A stretch of DNA of 64,000 nt from Eledone cirrhosa (Eukaryota), in the NCBI GenBank assembly GCA_964016885.1, contig OZ024742.1, forward strand, positions 24,490,001-24,554,000. The letters run 5' to 3'. Under the pieces are notes generated by a model, which had not been told where the DNA came from, ran no database searches, and worked only from the letters and a program-made list of their open reading frames with translations. Below, piece by piece: positions 12,931 to 27,500 of the stretch; within the stretch, counting starts at the first letter, position 1; every line of letters starts with the position of its first letter. The translations under genes and the position numbers were made by a program.

Positions 12931-15900
12931 TGGATTGTAGCTTGTTGTTGTGAGGCTGAAGGTATGAGATGACTGCTGTGGATTGTGGCTTGTTGTTGTG
13001 AGGCTGAAGGTATGAGATGACTGCTGTGGATTGTGGCCTGTTGCTGTAAGGCTGAAGGTATGAGATGACTGCTGTGGATTGTGGCTTGTTGTTGTGAGGC
13101 TGAAGGTATGAGATGACTGCTGTGGATTGTGGCTTGTTGTGAGGCTGAAGGTATGAGATGACTGCTGTGGATTGTGGCTTGTTGTTGTGAGGCTGAAGGT
13201 ATGAGATGACTGCTGTGGATTGTGGCCTGCTGCTGCAAGGCTGAAATATGAGATGACTACTGTGGATTGTGGCTTGTTGTTGTGAGGCTGAAGGTATGAG
13301 ATGACTGCTGTGGATTGTGGCCTGCTGCTGTAAGGCTGAAGGTATGAGATGACTGCTGTGGATTGTGGCCTGTTGCTGTAAGGCTGAAGGTATGAGATGA
13401 CTGCTGTGGATTGTGGCCTGTTGCTGTAAGGCTGAAGGTATGAGATGACTGCTGTGGATTGTGGCTTGTTGTTGTGAGGCTGAAGGTATGAGATGACTGC
13501 TGTGGATTGTGGCTTGTTGTTGTGAGGCTGAAGGTATGAGATGACTGCTGTGGATTGTGGCTTGTTGTTGTGAGGCTGAAGGTATGAGATGACTGCTGTG
13601 GATTGTGGCTTGTTGTTGTGAGGCTGAAGGTATGAGATGACTGCTGTGGATTGTGGCCTGTTGCTGTAAGGCTGAAGGTATGAGATGACTGCTGTGGATT
13701 GTGGCTTGTTGTTGTGAGGCTGAAGGTATGAGATGACTGCTGTGGATTGTGGCTTGTTGTGAGGCTGAAGGTATGAGATGACTGCTGTGGATTGTGGCCT
13801 GTTGCTGTAAGGCTGAAGGTATGAGATGACTGCTGTGGATTGTGGCCTGTTGCTGTAAGGCTGAAGGTATGAGATGACTGCTGTGGATTGTGGCTTGTTG
13901 TTGTGAGGCTGAAGGTATGAGATGACTGCTGTGGATTGTGCCTTGTTGTTGTGAGGCTGAAGGTATGAGATGACTGCTGTGGATTGTGGCTTGCTGTTGT
14001 GAGGCTGAAGGTATGAGATGACTGCTGTGGATTGTGGCTTGTTGTTGTGAGGCTGAAGGTATGAGATGACTGCTGTGGATTGTGGCCTGTTGCTGTAAGG
14101 CTGAAGGTATGAGATGACTGCTGTGGATTGTGGCCTGCTGCTGTAAGGCTGAAGGTATGAGATGACTGCTGTGGATTGTGGCCTGCTGCTGTAAGGCTGA
14201 AGGTATGAGATGACTGCTGTGGATTGTGGCTTGTTGTTGTGAGGCTGAAGTTATGAGATGACTGCTGTGGATTGTGGCCTGCTGCTGTAAGGCTGAAGGT
14301 ATGAGATGACTGCTGTGGATTGTGGCCTGCTGCTGTAAGGCTGAAGGTATGAGATGACTGCTGTGAATTGTGGCCTGCTGCTGTAAGGCTGAAGGTATGA
14401 GATGACTGCTGTAGATTGTGGCCTGCTGCTGTAAGGCTGAAATATGAGATGACTACTGTGGATTGTGGCTTGTTGTTGTGAGGCTGAAGGTATGAGATGA
14501 CTGCTGTGGATTGTGGCCTGCTGCTGTAAGGCTGAAGGTATGAGATGACTGCTGTGGATTGTGGCCTGTTGCTGTAAGGCTGAAGGTATGAGATGACTGA
14601 TGTGAATTGTGGCCTGTTGCTGTAAGGCTGAAGGTATGAGATGACTGCTGTGGATTGTGGCTTGTTGTTGTGAGGCTAAAGGTATGAGATGACTGCTGTG
14701 GATTGTGGCCTGCTGCTGTAAGGCTGAAGTTATGAGATGACTGCGGTGGATTGTGGCCTGCTGCTGTAAGGCTGAAGGTATGAGATGACTGCTGTGGATT
14801 GTGGCTTGTTGTTGTGAGGCTGAAGGTATGAGATGACTGCTGTGGATTGTGGATTGTTGTTGTGAGGCTTAAGGTATGACATGACTGCTGTGGATTGTGG
14901 CCTGCTGCTGTAAGGCTGAAGGTATGAGATGACTGCTGTGGATTGTGGCTTGTTGTTGTGAGGCTGAAGGTATGAGATGACTGCTGTGGATTGTGGCTTG
15001 TTGTTGTGAGGCTGAAGGTATGAGATGACTGCTGTGGATTGTGGCTTGTTGTTGTGAGGCTGAAGGTATGAGATGACTGCTGTGGATTGTGGCTTGTTGT
15101 TGTGAGGCTGAAGGTATGAGATGACTGCTGTGGATTGTGGCCAGTTGCTGTAAGGCTGAAGGTATGAGATGACTGCTGTGGATTGTGGCCTGCTGCTGTA
15201 AGGCTGAAGGTATGAGATGACTGCTGTGGATTGTGGCCTGCTGCTGTAAGGCTGAAGGTATGAGATGACTGCTGTGGATTGTGGCTTGTTGTTGTGAGGC
15301 TGAAGTTATGAGATGACTGCTGTGGATTGTGGCCTGCTGCTGTAAGGCTGAAGGTATGAGATGACTGCTGTAGATTGTGGCCTGCTGCTGTAAGGCTGAA
15401 GGTATGAGATGACTGCTGTGGATTGTGGCCTGCTGCTGTAAGGCTGAAGGTATGAGATGACTGCTGTGTATTGTGGCCTGCTGCTGTAAGGCTGAAGGTA
15501 TGAGATGACTGCTGTAGATTGTGGCCTGCTGTTGCAAGGCTGAAATATGAGATGACTACTGTGGATTGTGGCTTGTTGTTGTGAGGCTGAAGGTATGAGA
15601 TGACTGCTGTGGATTGTGGATTGTTGTTGTGAGGCTTAAGGTATGACATGACTGCTGTGGATTGTGGCCTGCTGCTGTAAGGCTGAAGGTATGAGATGAC
15701 TGCTATGGATTGTGGCTTGTTGTTGTGAGGCTGAAGGTATGAGATGACTGCTGTGGATTGTGGCTTGTTGTTGTGAGGCTGAAGGTATGAGATGACTGCT
15801 GTGGATTGTGGCTTGTTGTTGTGAGGCTGAAGGTATGAGATGACTGCTGTGGATTGTGGCTTGTTGTTGTGAGGCTGAAGGTATGAGATGACTGCTGTGG

Positions 15901-18900
15901 ATTGTGGCTTGTTGTTGTGAGGCTGAAGTTATGAGATGACTGCTGTGGATTGTGGCCTGCTGCTGTAAGGCTGAAGGTATGAGATGACTGCTGTGGATTG
16001 TGGCCTGCTGCTGTAAGGCTGAAGGTATGAGATGACTGCTGTGAATTGTGGCCTGCTGCTGTAAGGCTGAAGGTATGAGATGACTGCTGTAGATTGTGGC
16101 CTGCTGCTGTAAGGCTGAAATATGAGATGACTACTGTGGATTGTGGCTTGTTGTTGTGAGGCTGAAGGTATGAGATGACTGCTGTGGATTGTGGCCTGCT
16201 GCTGTAAGGCTGAAGGTATGAGATGACTGCTGTGGATTGTGGCCTGTTGCTGTAAGGCTGAAGGTATGAGATGACTGATGTGAATTGTGGCCTGTTGCTG
16301 TAAGGCTGAAGGTATGAGATGACTGCTGTGGATTGTGGCTTGTTGTTGTGAGGCTGAAGGTATGAGATGACTGCTGTGGATTGTGGCTTGTTGTTGTGAG
16401 GCTGAAGGTATGAGATGACTGCTGTGGATTGTGGCCTGTTGCTGTAAGACTGAAGGTATGAGATGACTGCTGTGGATTGTGGCTTGTTGTTGTGAGGCTG
16501 AAGGTATGAGATGACTGCTGTGGATTGTGGCTTGTTGTTGTGAGGCTAAAGGTATGAGATGACTGCTGTGGATTGTGGCCTGCTGCTGTAAGGCTGAAGT
16601 TATGAGATGACTGCGGTGGATTGTGGCCTGCTGCTGTAAGGCTGAAGGTATGAGATGACTGCTGTGGATTGTGGCTTGTTGTTGTGAGGCTGAAGGTATG
16701 AGATGACTGCTGTGGATTGTGGATTGTTGTTGTGAGGCTTAAGGTATGACATGACTGCTGTGGATTGTGGCCTGCTGCTGTAAGGCTGAAGGTATGAGAT
16801 GACTGCTGTGGATTGTGGCTTGTTGTTGTGAGGCTGAAGGTATGAGATGACTGCTGTGGATTGTGGCTTGTTGTTGTGAGGCTGAAGGTATGAGATGACT
16901 GCTGTGGATTGTGGCTTGTTGTTGTGAGGCTGAAGGTATGAGATGACTGCTGTGGATTGTGGCTTGTTGTTGTGAGGCTGAAGGTATGAGATGACTGCTG
17001 TGGATTGTGGCCAGTTGCTGTAAGGCTGAAGGTATGAGATGACTGCTGTGGATTGTGGCCTGCTGCTGTAAGGCTGAAGGTATGAGATGACTGCTGTGGA
17101 TTGTGGCCTGCTGCTGTAAGGCTGAAGGTATGAGATGACTGCTGTGGATTGTGGCTTGTTGTTGTGAGGCTGAAGTTATGAGATGACTGCTGTGGATTGT
17201 GGCCTGCTGCTGTAAGGCTGAAGGTATGAGATGACTGCTGTAGATTGTGGCCTGCTGCTGTAAGGCTGAAGGTATGAGATGACTGCTGTGGATTGTGGCC
17301 TGCTGCTGTAAGGCTGAAGGTATGAGATGACTGCTGTGTATTGTGGCCTGCTGCTGTAAGGCTGAAGGTATGAGATGACTGCTGTAGATTGTGGCCTGCT
17401 GTTGCAAGGCTGAAATATGAGATGACTACTGTGGATTGTGGCTTGTTGTTGTGAGGCTGAAGGTATGAGATGACTGCTGTGGATTGTGGATTGTTGTTGT
17501 GAGGCTTAAGGTATGACATGACTGCTGTGGATTGTGGCCTGCTGCTGTAAGGCTGAAGGTATGAGATGACTGCTATGGATTGTGGCTTGTTGTTGTGAGG
17601 CTGAAGGTATGAGATGACTGCTGTGGATTGTGGCTTGTTGTTGTGAGGCTGAAGGTATGAGATGACTGCTGTGGATTGTGGCTTGTTGTTGTGAGGCTGA
17701 AGGTATGAGATGACTGCTGTGGATTGTGGCTTGTTGTTGTGAGGCTGAAGGTATGAGATGACTGCTGTGGATTGTGGCCAGTTGCTGTAAGGCTGAAGGT
17801 ATGAGATGACTGCTGTGGATTGTGGCCTGCTGCTGTAAGGCTGAAGGTATGAGATGACTGCTGTGGATTGTGGCCTGCTGCTGTAAGGCTGAAGGTATGA
17901 GATGACTGCTGTGGATTGTGGCTTGTTGTTGTGAGGCTGAAGTTATGAGATGACTGCTGTGGATTGTGGCCTGCTGCTGTAAGGCTGAAGGTATGAGATG
18001 ACTGCTGTAGATTGTGGCCTGCTGCTGTAAGGCTGAAGGTATGAGATGACTGCTGTGGATTGTGGCCTGCTGCTGTAAGGCTGAAGGTATGAGATGACTG
18101 CTGTGTATTGTGGCCTGCTGCTGTAAGGCTGAAGGTATGAGATGACTGCTGTAGATTGTGGCCTGCTGTTGCAAGGCTGAAATATGAGATGACTACTGTG
18201 GATTGTGGCTTGTTGTTGTGAGGCTGAAGGTATGAGATGACTGCTGTGGATTGTGGCCTGCTGCTGTAAGGCTGAAGGTATGAGATGACTGCTGTGGATT
18301 GTGGCCTGTTGCTGTAAGGCTGAAGGTATGAGATGACTGCTGTGGATTGTGGCTTGTTGTTGTGAGGCTGAAGGTATGAGATGACTGCTGTGGATTGTGG
18401 CTTGTTGTTGTGAGGCTGAAGGTATGAGATGACTGCTGTGGATTGTAGCTTGTTGTTGTGAGGCTGAAGGTATGAGATGACTGCTGTGGATTGTGGCTTG
18501 TTGTTGTGAGGCTGAAGGTATGAGATGACTGCTGTGGATTGTGGCCTGTTGCTGTAAGGCTGAAGGTATGAGATGACTGCTGTGGATTGTGGCTTGTTGT
18601 TGTGAGGCTGAAGGTATGAGATGACTGCTGTGGATTGTGGCTTGTTGTGAGGCTGAAGGTATGAGATGACTGCTGTGGATTGTGGCTTGTTGTTGTGAGG
18701 CTGAAGGTATGAGATGACTGCTGTGGATTGTGGCCTGCTGCTGCAAGGCTGAAATATGAGATGACTACTGTGGATTGTGGCTTGTTGTTGTGAGGCTGAA
18801 GGTATGAGATGACTGCTGTGGATTGTGGCCTGCTGCTGTAAGGCTGAAGGTATGAGATGACTGCTGTGGATTGTGGCCTGTTGCTGTAAGGCTGAAGGTA

Positions 18901-21580
18901 TGAGATGACTGCTGTGGATTGTGGCCTGTTGCTGTAAGGCTGAAGGTATGAGATGACTGCTGTGGATTGTGGCTTGTTGTTGTGAGGCTGAAGGTATGAG
19001 ATGACTGCTGTGGATTGTGGCTTGTTGTTGTGAGGCTGAAGGTATGAGATGACTGCTGTGGATTGTGGCTTGTTGTTGTGAGGCTGAAGGTATGAGATGA
19101 CTGCTGTGGATTGTGGCTTGTTGTTGTGAGGCTGAAGGTATGAGATGACTGCTGTGGATTGTGGCCTGTTGCTGTAAGGCTGAAGGTATGAGATGACTGC
19201 TGTGGATTGTGGCTTGTTGTTGTGAGGCTGAAGGTATGAGATGACTGCTGTGGATTGTGGCTTGTTGTGAGGCTGAAGGTATGAGATGACTGCTGTGGAT
19301 TGTGGCCTGTTGCTGTAAGGCTGAAGGTATGAGATGACTGCTGTGGATTGTGGCCTGTTGCTGTAAGGCTGAAGGTATGAGATGACTGCTGTGGATTGTG
19401 GCTTGTTGTTGTGAGGCTGAAGGTATGAGATGACTGCTGTGGATTGTGCCTTGTTGTTGTGAGGCTGAAGGTATGAGATGACTGCTGTGGATTGTGGCTT
19501 GCTGTTGTGAGGCTGAAGGTATGAGATGACTGCTGTGGATTGTGGCTTGTTGTTGTGAGGCTGAAGGTATGAGATGACTGCTGTGGATTGTGGCCTGTTG
19601 CTGTAAGGCTGAAGGTATGAGATGACTGCTGTGGATTGTGGCCTGCTGCTGTAAGGCTGAAGGTATGAGATGACTGCTGTGGATTGTGGCCTGCTGCTGT
19701 AAGGCTGAAGGTATGAGATGACTGCTGTGGATTGTGGCTTGTTGTTGTGAGGCTGAAGTTATGAGATGACTGCTGTGGATTGTGGCCTGCTGCTGTAAGG
19801 CTGAAGGTATGAGATGACTGCTGTGGATTGTGGCCTGCTGCTGTAAGGCTGAAGGTATGAGATGACTGCTGTGAATTGTGGCCTGCTGCTGTAAGGCTGA
19901 AGGTATGAGATGACTGCTGTAGATTGTGGCCTGCTGCTGTAAGGCTGAAATATGAGATGACTACTGTGGATTGTGGCTTGTTGTTGTGAGGCTGAAGGTA
20001 TGAGATGACTGCTGTGGATTGTGGCCTGCTGCTGTAAGGCTGAAGGTATGAGATGACTGCTGTGGATTGTGGCCTGTTGCTGTAAGGCTGAAGGTATGAG
20101 ATGACTGATGTGAATTGTGGCCTGTTGCTGTAAGGCTGAAGGTATGAGATGACTGCTGTGGATTGTGGCTTGTTGTTGTGAGGCTGAAGGTATGAGATGA
20201 CTGCTGTGGATTGTGGCTTGTTGTTGTGAGGCTGAAGGTATGAGATGACTGCTGTGGATTGTGGCCTGTTGCTGTAAGACTGAAGGTATGAGATGACTGC
20301 TGTGGATTGTGGCTTGTTGTTGTGAGGCTGAAGGTATGAGATGACTGCTGTGGATTGTGGCTTGTTGTTGTGAGGCTAAAGGTATGAGATGACTGCTGTG
20401 GATTGTGGCCTGCTGCTGTAAGGCTGAAGTTATGAGATGACTGCGGTGGATTGTGGCCTGCTGCTGTAAGGCTGAAGGTATGAGATGACTGCTGTGGATT
20501 GTGGCTTGTTGTTGTGAGGCTGAAGGTATGAGATGACTGCTGTGGATTGTGGATTGTTGTTGTGAGGCTTAAGGTATGACATGACTGCTGTGGATTGTGG
20601 CCTGCTGCTGTAAGGCTGAAGGTATGAGATGACTGCTGTGGATTGTGGCTTGTTGTTGTGAGGCTGAAGGTATGAGATGACTGCTGTGGATTGTGGCTTG
20701 TTGTTGTGAGGCTGAAGGTATGAGATGACTGCTGTGGATTGTGGCTTGTTGTTGTGAGGCTGAAGGTATGAGATGACTGCTGTGGATTGTGGCTTGTTGT
20801 TGTGAGGCTGAAGGTATGAGATGACTGCTGTGGATTGTGGCCAGTTGCTGTAAGGCTGAAGGTATGAGATGACTGCTGTGGATTGTGGCCTGCTGCTGTA
20901 AGGCTGAAGGTATGAGATGACTGCTGTGGATTGTGGCCTGCTGCTGTAAGGCTGAAGGTATGAGATGACTGCTGTGGATTGTGGCTTGTTGTTGTGAGGC
21001 TGAAGTTATGAGATGACTGCTGTGGATTGTGGCCTGCTGCTGTAAGGCTGAAGGTATGAGATGACTGCTGTAGATTGTGGCCTGCTGCTGTAAGGCTGGA
21101 GGTATGAGATGACTGCTGTGGATTGTGGCCTGCTGCTGTAAGGCTGAAGGTATGAGATGACTGCTGTGTATTGTGGCCTGCTGCTGTAAGGCTGAAGGTA
21201 TGAGATGACTGCTGTAGATTGTGGCCTGCTGTTGCAAGGCTGAAATATGAGATGACTACTGTGGATTGTGGCTTGTTGTTGTGAGGCTGAAGGTATGAGA
21301 TGACTGCTGTGGATTGTGGATTGTTGTTGTGAGGCTTAAGGTATGACATGACTGCTGTGGATTGTGGCCTGCTGCTGTAAGGCTGAAGGTATGAGATGAC
21401 TGCTATGGATTGTGGCTTGTTGTTGTGAGGCTGAAGGTATGAGATGACTGCTGTGGATTGTGGCTTGTTGTTGTGAGGCTGAAGGTATGAGATGACTGCT
21501 GTGGATTGTGGCTTGTTGTTGTGAGGCTGAAGGTATGAGATGACTGCTGTGGATTGTGGCTTGTTGTTGTGAGGCTGAAG
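10400..21580. repeat. Tandem duplication with ~5508-bp period; the first copy lacks 4 monomers near 14.65 kb
   Basis: Offsets 10623/16131, 12435/17943 and 14453/19961 all equal 5508; 14869/20569 equals 5700. The 398-aa versus 462-aa translations differ by 64 aa = 192 bp = 4 monomers. Confidence 0.85.
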
Positions 21581-24500
21581 GTATGAGATGACTGCTGTGG
21601 ATTGTGGCTTGTTGTTGTGAGGCTGAAGGTATGAGATGACTGCTGTGGATTGTGGCTTGTTGTTGTGAGGCTGAAGGTATGAGATGACTGCTGTGGATTG
21701 TGGCCTGTTGCTGTAAGGCTGAAGGTATGAGATGACTGCTGTGGATTGTGGCTTGTTGTTGTGAGGCTGAAGGTATGAGATGACTGCTGTGGATTGTGGC
21801 TTGTTGTGAGGCTGAAGGTATGAGATGACTGCTGTGGATTGTGGCTTGTTGTTGTGAGGCTGAAGGTATGAGATGACTGCTGTGGATTGTGGCCTGCTGC
21901 TGTAAGGCTGAAGGTATGAGATGACTGCTGTAGATTGTGGCCTGCTGCTGTAAGGCTGAAATATGAGATGACTACTGTGGATTGTGGCTTGTTGTTGTGA
22001 GGCTGAAGGTATGAGATGACTGCTGTGGATTGTGGCCTGCTGCTGTAAGGCTGAAGGTATGAGATGACTGCTGTGGATTGTGGCCTGTTGCTGTAAGGCT
22101 GAAGGTATGAGATGACTGCTGTGGATTGTGGCCTGTTGCTGTAAGGCTGAAGGTATGAGATGACTGCTGTGGATTGTGGCTTGTTGTTGTGAGGCTGAAG
22201 GTATGAGATGACTGCTGTGGATTGTGCCTTGTTGTTGTGAGGCTGAAGGTATGAGATGACTGCTGTGGATTGTGGCTTGCTGTTGTGAGGCTGAAGGTAT
22301 GAGATGACTGCTGTGGATTGTGGCTTGTTGTTGTGAGGCTGAAGGTATGAGATGACTGCTGTGGATTGTGGCCTGTTGCTGTAAGGCTGAAGGTATGAGA
22401 TGACTGCTGTGGATTGTGGCCTGCTGCTGTAAGGCTGAAGGTATGAGATGACTGCTGTGGATTGTGGCCTGCTGCTGTAAGGCTGAAGGTATGAGATGAC
22501 TGCTGTGGATTGTGGCTTGTTGTTGTGAGGCTGAAGGTATGAGATGACTGCTGTGGATTGTGGCCTGTTGCTGTAAGGCTGAAGGTATGAGATGACTGCT
22601 GTGGATTGTGGCTTGTTGTTGTGAGGCTGAAGGTATGAGATGACTGTTGTGGATTGTGGCCTGTTGCTGTAAGACTGAAGGTATGAGATGACTGCTGTGG
22701 ATTGTGGCTTGTTGTTGTGAGGCTGAAGGTATGAGATGACTGCTGTGGATTGTGGCTTGTTGTTGTGAGGCTAAAGGTATGAGATGACTGCTGTGGATTG
22801 TGGCCTGCTGCTGTAAGACTGAAGTTATGAGATGACTGCGGTGGATTGTGGCCTGCTGCTGTAAGGCTGAAGGTATGAGATGACTGCTGTGGATTGTGGC
22901 TTGTTGTTGTGAGGCTGAAGGTATGAGATGACTGCTGTGGATTGTGGATTGTTGTTGTGAGGCTTAAGGTATGACATGACTGCTGTGGATTGTGGCCTGC
23001 TGCTGTAAGGCTGAAGGTATGAGATGACTGCTGTGGATTGTGGCTTGTTGTTGTGAGGCTGAAGGTATGAGATGACTGCTGTGGATTGTGGCTTGTTGTT
23101 GTGAGGCTGAAGGTATGAGATGACTGCTGTGGATTGTGGCTTGTTGTTGTGAGGCCGAAGTTATGAGATGACTGCTGTGGATTGTGGCCTGCTGCTGTAA
23201 GGCTGAAGGTATGAGATGACTGCTGTGGATTGTGGCCTGCTGCTGTAAGGCTGAAGGTATGAGATGACTGCTGTGGATTGTGGCCTGCTGCTGTAAGGCT
23301 GAAGTTATGAGATGACTGCTGTGGATTGTGGCCTGTTGCTGTAAGGCTGAAGGTATGAGATGACTGCTGTGGATTGTGGCCTGCTGCTGTAAGGCTTAAG
23401 GTATGAGATGACTGCTGTGGATTGTGGCTTGTTGTTGTGAGGCTGAAGGTATGAGATGACTGATGTGGATTGTGGCTTGTTGTTGTGAGGCTGAAGGTAC
23501 GAGATGACTGCTGTGGATTGTGGCTTGTTGTTGTGAGGCTGAAGGTATGAGATGACTGCTGTGGATTGTGGCCTTTTGCTGTAAGGCTGAAGGTCTGAGA
23601 TGACTGCTGTGGATTGTGGCCTGCTGCTGTAAGGCTGAAAGTATGAGATGACTGTTGTGGATTGTGGCCTGCTGCTGTAAGGCTGAAGGTATGAGATGAC
23701 TGCTGTGAATCGTGGCCTGCTGCTGTAAGGCTGAAGGTATGAGATGACTGCTGTAGATTGTGGCCTGCTGCTGTAAGGCTGAAATATGAGATGACTACTG
23801 TGGATTGTGGCTTGTTGTTGTGAGGCTGAAGGTATGAGATGACTGCTGTGGATTGTGGCCTGCTGCTGTAAGGCTGAAGTTATGAGATGACTGCTGTGGA
23901 TTGTGGCCTGTTGCTGTAAGGCTGAAGGTATGAGATGACTGCTGTGGATTGTGGCCTGTTGCTGTAAGGCTGAAGGTATGAGATGACTGCTGTGGATTGT
24001 GGCTTGTTGTTGTGAGGCTGAAGGTATGAGATGACTGCTGTGGATTGTGGCTTGTTGTTGTGAGGCTGAAGGTATGAGATGACTGCTGTGGATTGTGGCT
24101 TGTTGTTGTGAGGCTGAAGGTATGAGATGACTGCTGTGGATTGTGGCTTGTTGTTGTGAGGCTGAAGGTATGAGATGACTGCTGTGGATTGTGGCCTGTT
24201 GCTGTAAGGCTGAAGGTATGAGATGACTGCTGTGGATTGTGGCTTGTTGTTGTGAGGCTGAAGGTATGAGATGACTGCTGTGGATTGTGCCTTGTTGTTG
24301 TGAGGCTGAAGGTATGAGATGACTGCTGTGGATTGTGGCTTGCTGTTGTGAGGCTGAAGGTATGAGATGACTGCTGTGGATTGTGGCTTGTTGTTGTGAG
24401 GCTGAAGGTATGAGATGACTGCTGTGGATTGTGGCCTGTTGCTGTAAGGCTGAAGGTATGAGATGACTGCTGTGGATTGTGGCCTGCTGCTGTAAGGCTG

Positions 24501-27500
24501 AAGGTATGAGATGACTGCTGTGGATTGTGGCCTGCTGCTGTAAGGCTGAAGGTATGAGATGACTGCTGTGGATTGTGGCTTGTTGTTGTGAGGCTGAAGT
24601 TATGAGATGACTGCTGTGGATTGTGGCCTGCTGCTGTAAGGCTGAAGGTATGAGATGACTGCTGTGGATTGTGGCCTGCTGCTGTAAGGCTGAAGGTATG
24701 AGATGACTGCTGTGAATTGTGGCCTGCTGCTGTAAGGCTGAAGGTATGAGATGACTGCTGTAGATTGTGGCCTGCTGCTGTAAGGCTGAAATATGAGATG
24801 ACTACTGTGGATTGTGGCTTGTTGTTGTGAGGCTGAAGGTATGAGATGACTGCTGTGGATTGTGGCCTGCTGCTGTAAGGCTGAAGGTATGAGATGACTG
24901 CTGTGGATTGTGGCCTGTTGCTGTAAGGCTGAAGGTATGAGATGACTGATGTGAATTGTGGCCTGTTGCTGTAAGGCTGAAGGTATGAGATGACTGCTGT
25001 GGATTGTGGCTTGTTGTTGTGAGGCTGAAGGTATGAGATGACTGCTGTGGATTGTGGCTTGTTGTTGTGAGGCTGAAGGTATGAGATGACTGCTGTGGAT
25101 TGTGGCCTGTTGCTGTAAGACTGAAGGTATGAGATGACTGCTGTGGATTGTGGCTTGTTGTTGTGAGGCTGAAGGTATGAGATGACTGCTGTGGATTGTG
25201 GCTTGTTGTTGTGAGGCTAAAGGTATGAGATGACTGCTGTGGATTGTGGCCTGCTGCTGTAAGGCTGAAGTTATGAGATGACTGCGGTGGATTGTGGCCT
25301 GCTGCTGTAAGGCTGAAGGTATGAGATGACTGCTGTGGATTGTGGCTTGTTGTTGTGAGGCTGAAGGTATGAGATGACTGCTGTGGATTGTGGATTGTTG
25401 TTGTGAGGCTTAAGGTATGACATGACTGCTGTGGATTGTGGCCTGCTGCTGTAAGGCTGAAGGTATGAGATGACTGCTGTGGATTGTGGCTTGTTGTTGT
25501 GAGGCTGAAGGTATGAGATGACTGCTGTGGATTGTGGCTTGTTGTTGTGAGGCTGAAGGTATGAGATGACTGCTGTGGATTGTGGCTTGTTGTTGTGAGG
25601 CTGAAGGTATGAGATGACTGCTGTGGATTGTGGCTTGTTGTTGTGAGGCTGAAGGTATGAGATGACTGCTGTGGATTGTGGCCAGTTGCTGTAAGGCTGA
25701 AGGTATGAGATGACTGCTGTGGATTGTGGCCTGCTGCTGTAAGGCTGAAGGTATGAGATGACTGCTGTGGATTGTGGCTTGTTGTTGTGAGGCTGAAGTT
25801 ATGAGATGACTGCTGTGGATTGTGGCCTGCTGCTGTAAGGCTGAAGGTATGAGATGACTGCTGTAGATTGTGGCCTGCTGCTGTAAGGCTGAAGGTATGA
25901 GATGACTGCTGTGGATTGTGGCCTGCTGCTGTAAGGCTGAAGGTATGAGATGACTGCTGTGTATTGTGGCCTGCTGCTGTAAGGCTGAAGGTATGAGATG
26001 ACTGCTGTAGATTGTGGCCTGCTGTTGCAAGGCTGAAATATGAGATGACTACTGTGGATTGTGGCTTGTTGTTGTGAGGCTGAAGGTATGAGATGACTGC
26101 TGTGGATTGTGGATTGTTGTTGTGAGGCTTAAGGTATGACATGACTGCTGTGGATTGTGGCCTGCTGCTGTAAGGCTGAAGGTATGAGATGACTGCTATG
26201 GATTGTGGCTTGTTGTTGTGAGGCTGAAGGTATGAGATGACTGCTGTGGATTGTGGCTTGTTGTTGTGAGGCTGAAGGTATGAGATGACTGCTGTGGATT
26301 GTGGCTTGTTGTTGTGAGGCTGAAGGTATGAGATGACTGCTGTGGATTGTGGCTTGTTGTTGTGAGGCTGAAGGTATGAGATGACTGCTGTGGATTGTGG
26401 CCAGTTGCTGTAAGGCTGAAGGTATGAGATGACTGCTGTGGATTGTGGCCTGCTGCTGTAAGGCTGAAGGTATGAGATGACTGCTGTGGATTGTGGCCTG
26501 CTGCTGTAAGGCTGAAGGTATGAGATGACTGCTGTGGATTGTGGCTTGTTGTTGTGAGGCTGAAGTTATGAGATGACTGCTGTGGATTGTGGCCTGCTGC
26601 TGTAAGGCTGAAGGTATGAGATGACTGCTGTAGATTGTGGCCTGCTGCTGTAAGGCTGAAGGTATGAGATGACTGCTGTGGATTGTGGCCTGCTGCTGTA
26701 AGGCTGAAGGTATGAGATGACTGCTGTGTATTGTGGCCTGCTGCTGTAAGGCTGAAGGTATGAGATGACTGCTGTAGATTGTGGCCTGCTGTTGCAAGGC
26801 TGAAATATGAGATGACTACTGTGGATTGTGGCTTGTTGTTGTGAGGCTGAAGGTATGAGATGACTGCTGTGGATTGTGGCCTGCTGCTGTAAGGCTGAAG
26901 GTATGAGATGACTGCTGTGGATTGTGGCCTGTTGCTGTAAGGCTGAAGGTATGAGATGACTGCTGTGGATTGTGGCTTGTTGTTGTGAGGCTGAAGGTAT
27001 GAGATGACTGCTGTGGATTGTGGCTTGTTGTTGTGAGGCTGAAGGTATGAGATGACTGCTGTGGATTGTAGCTTGTTGTTGTGAGGCTGAAGGTATGAGA
27101 TGACTGCTGTGGATTGTGGCTTGTTGTTGTGAGGCTGAAGGTATGAGATGACTGCTGTGGATTGTGGCCTGTTGCTGTAAGGCTGAAGGTATGAGATGAC
27201 TGCTGTGGATTGTGGCTTGTTGTTGTGAGGCTGAAGGTATGAGATGACTGCTGTGGATTGTGGCTTGTTGTGAGGCTGAAGGTATGAGATGACTGCTGTG
27301 GATTGTGGCTTGTTGTTGTGAGGCTGAAGGTATGAGATGACTGCTGTGGATTGTGGCCTGCTGCTGCAAGGCTGAAATATGAGATGACTACTGTGGATTG
27401 TGGCTTGTTGTTGTGAGGCTGAAGGTATGAGATGACTGCTGTGGATTGTGGCCTGCTGCTGTAAGGCTGAAGGTATGAGATGACTGCTGTGGATTGTGGC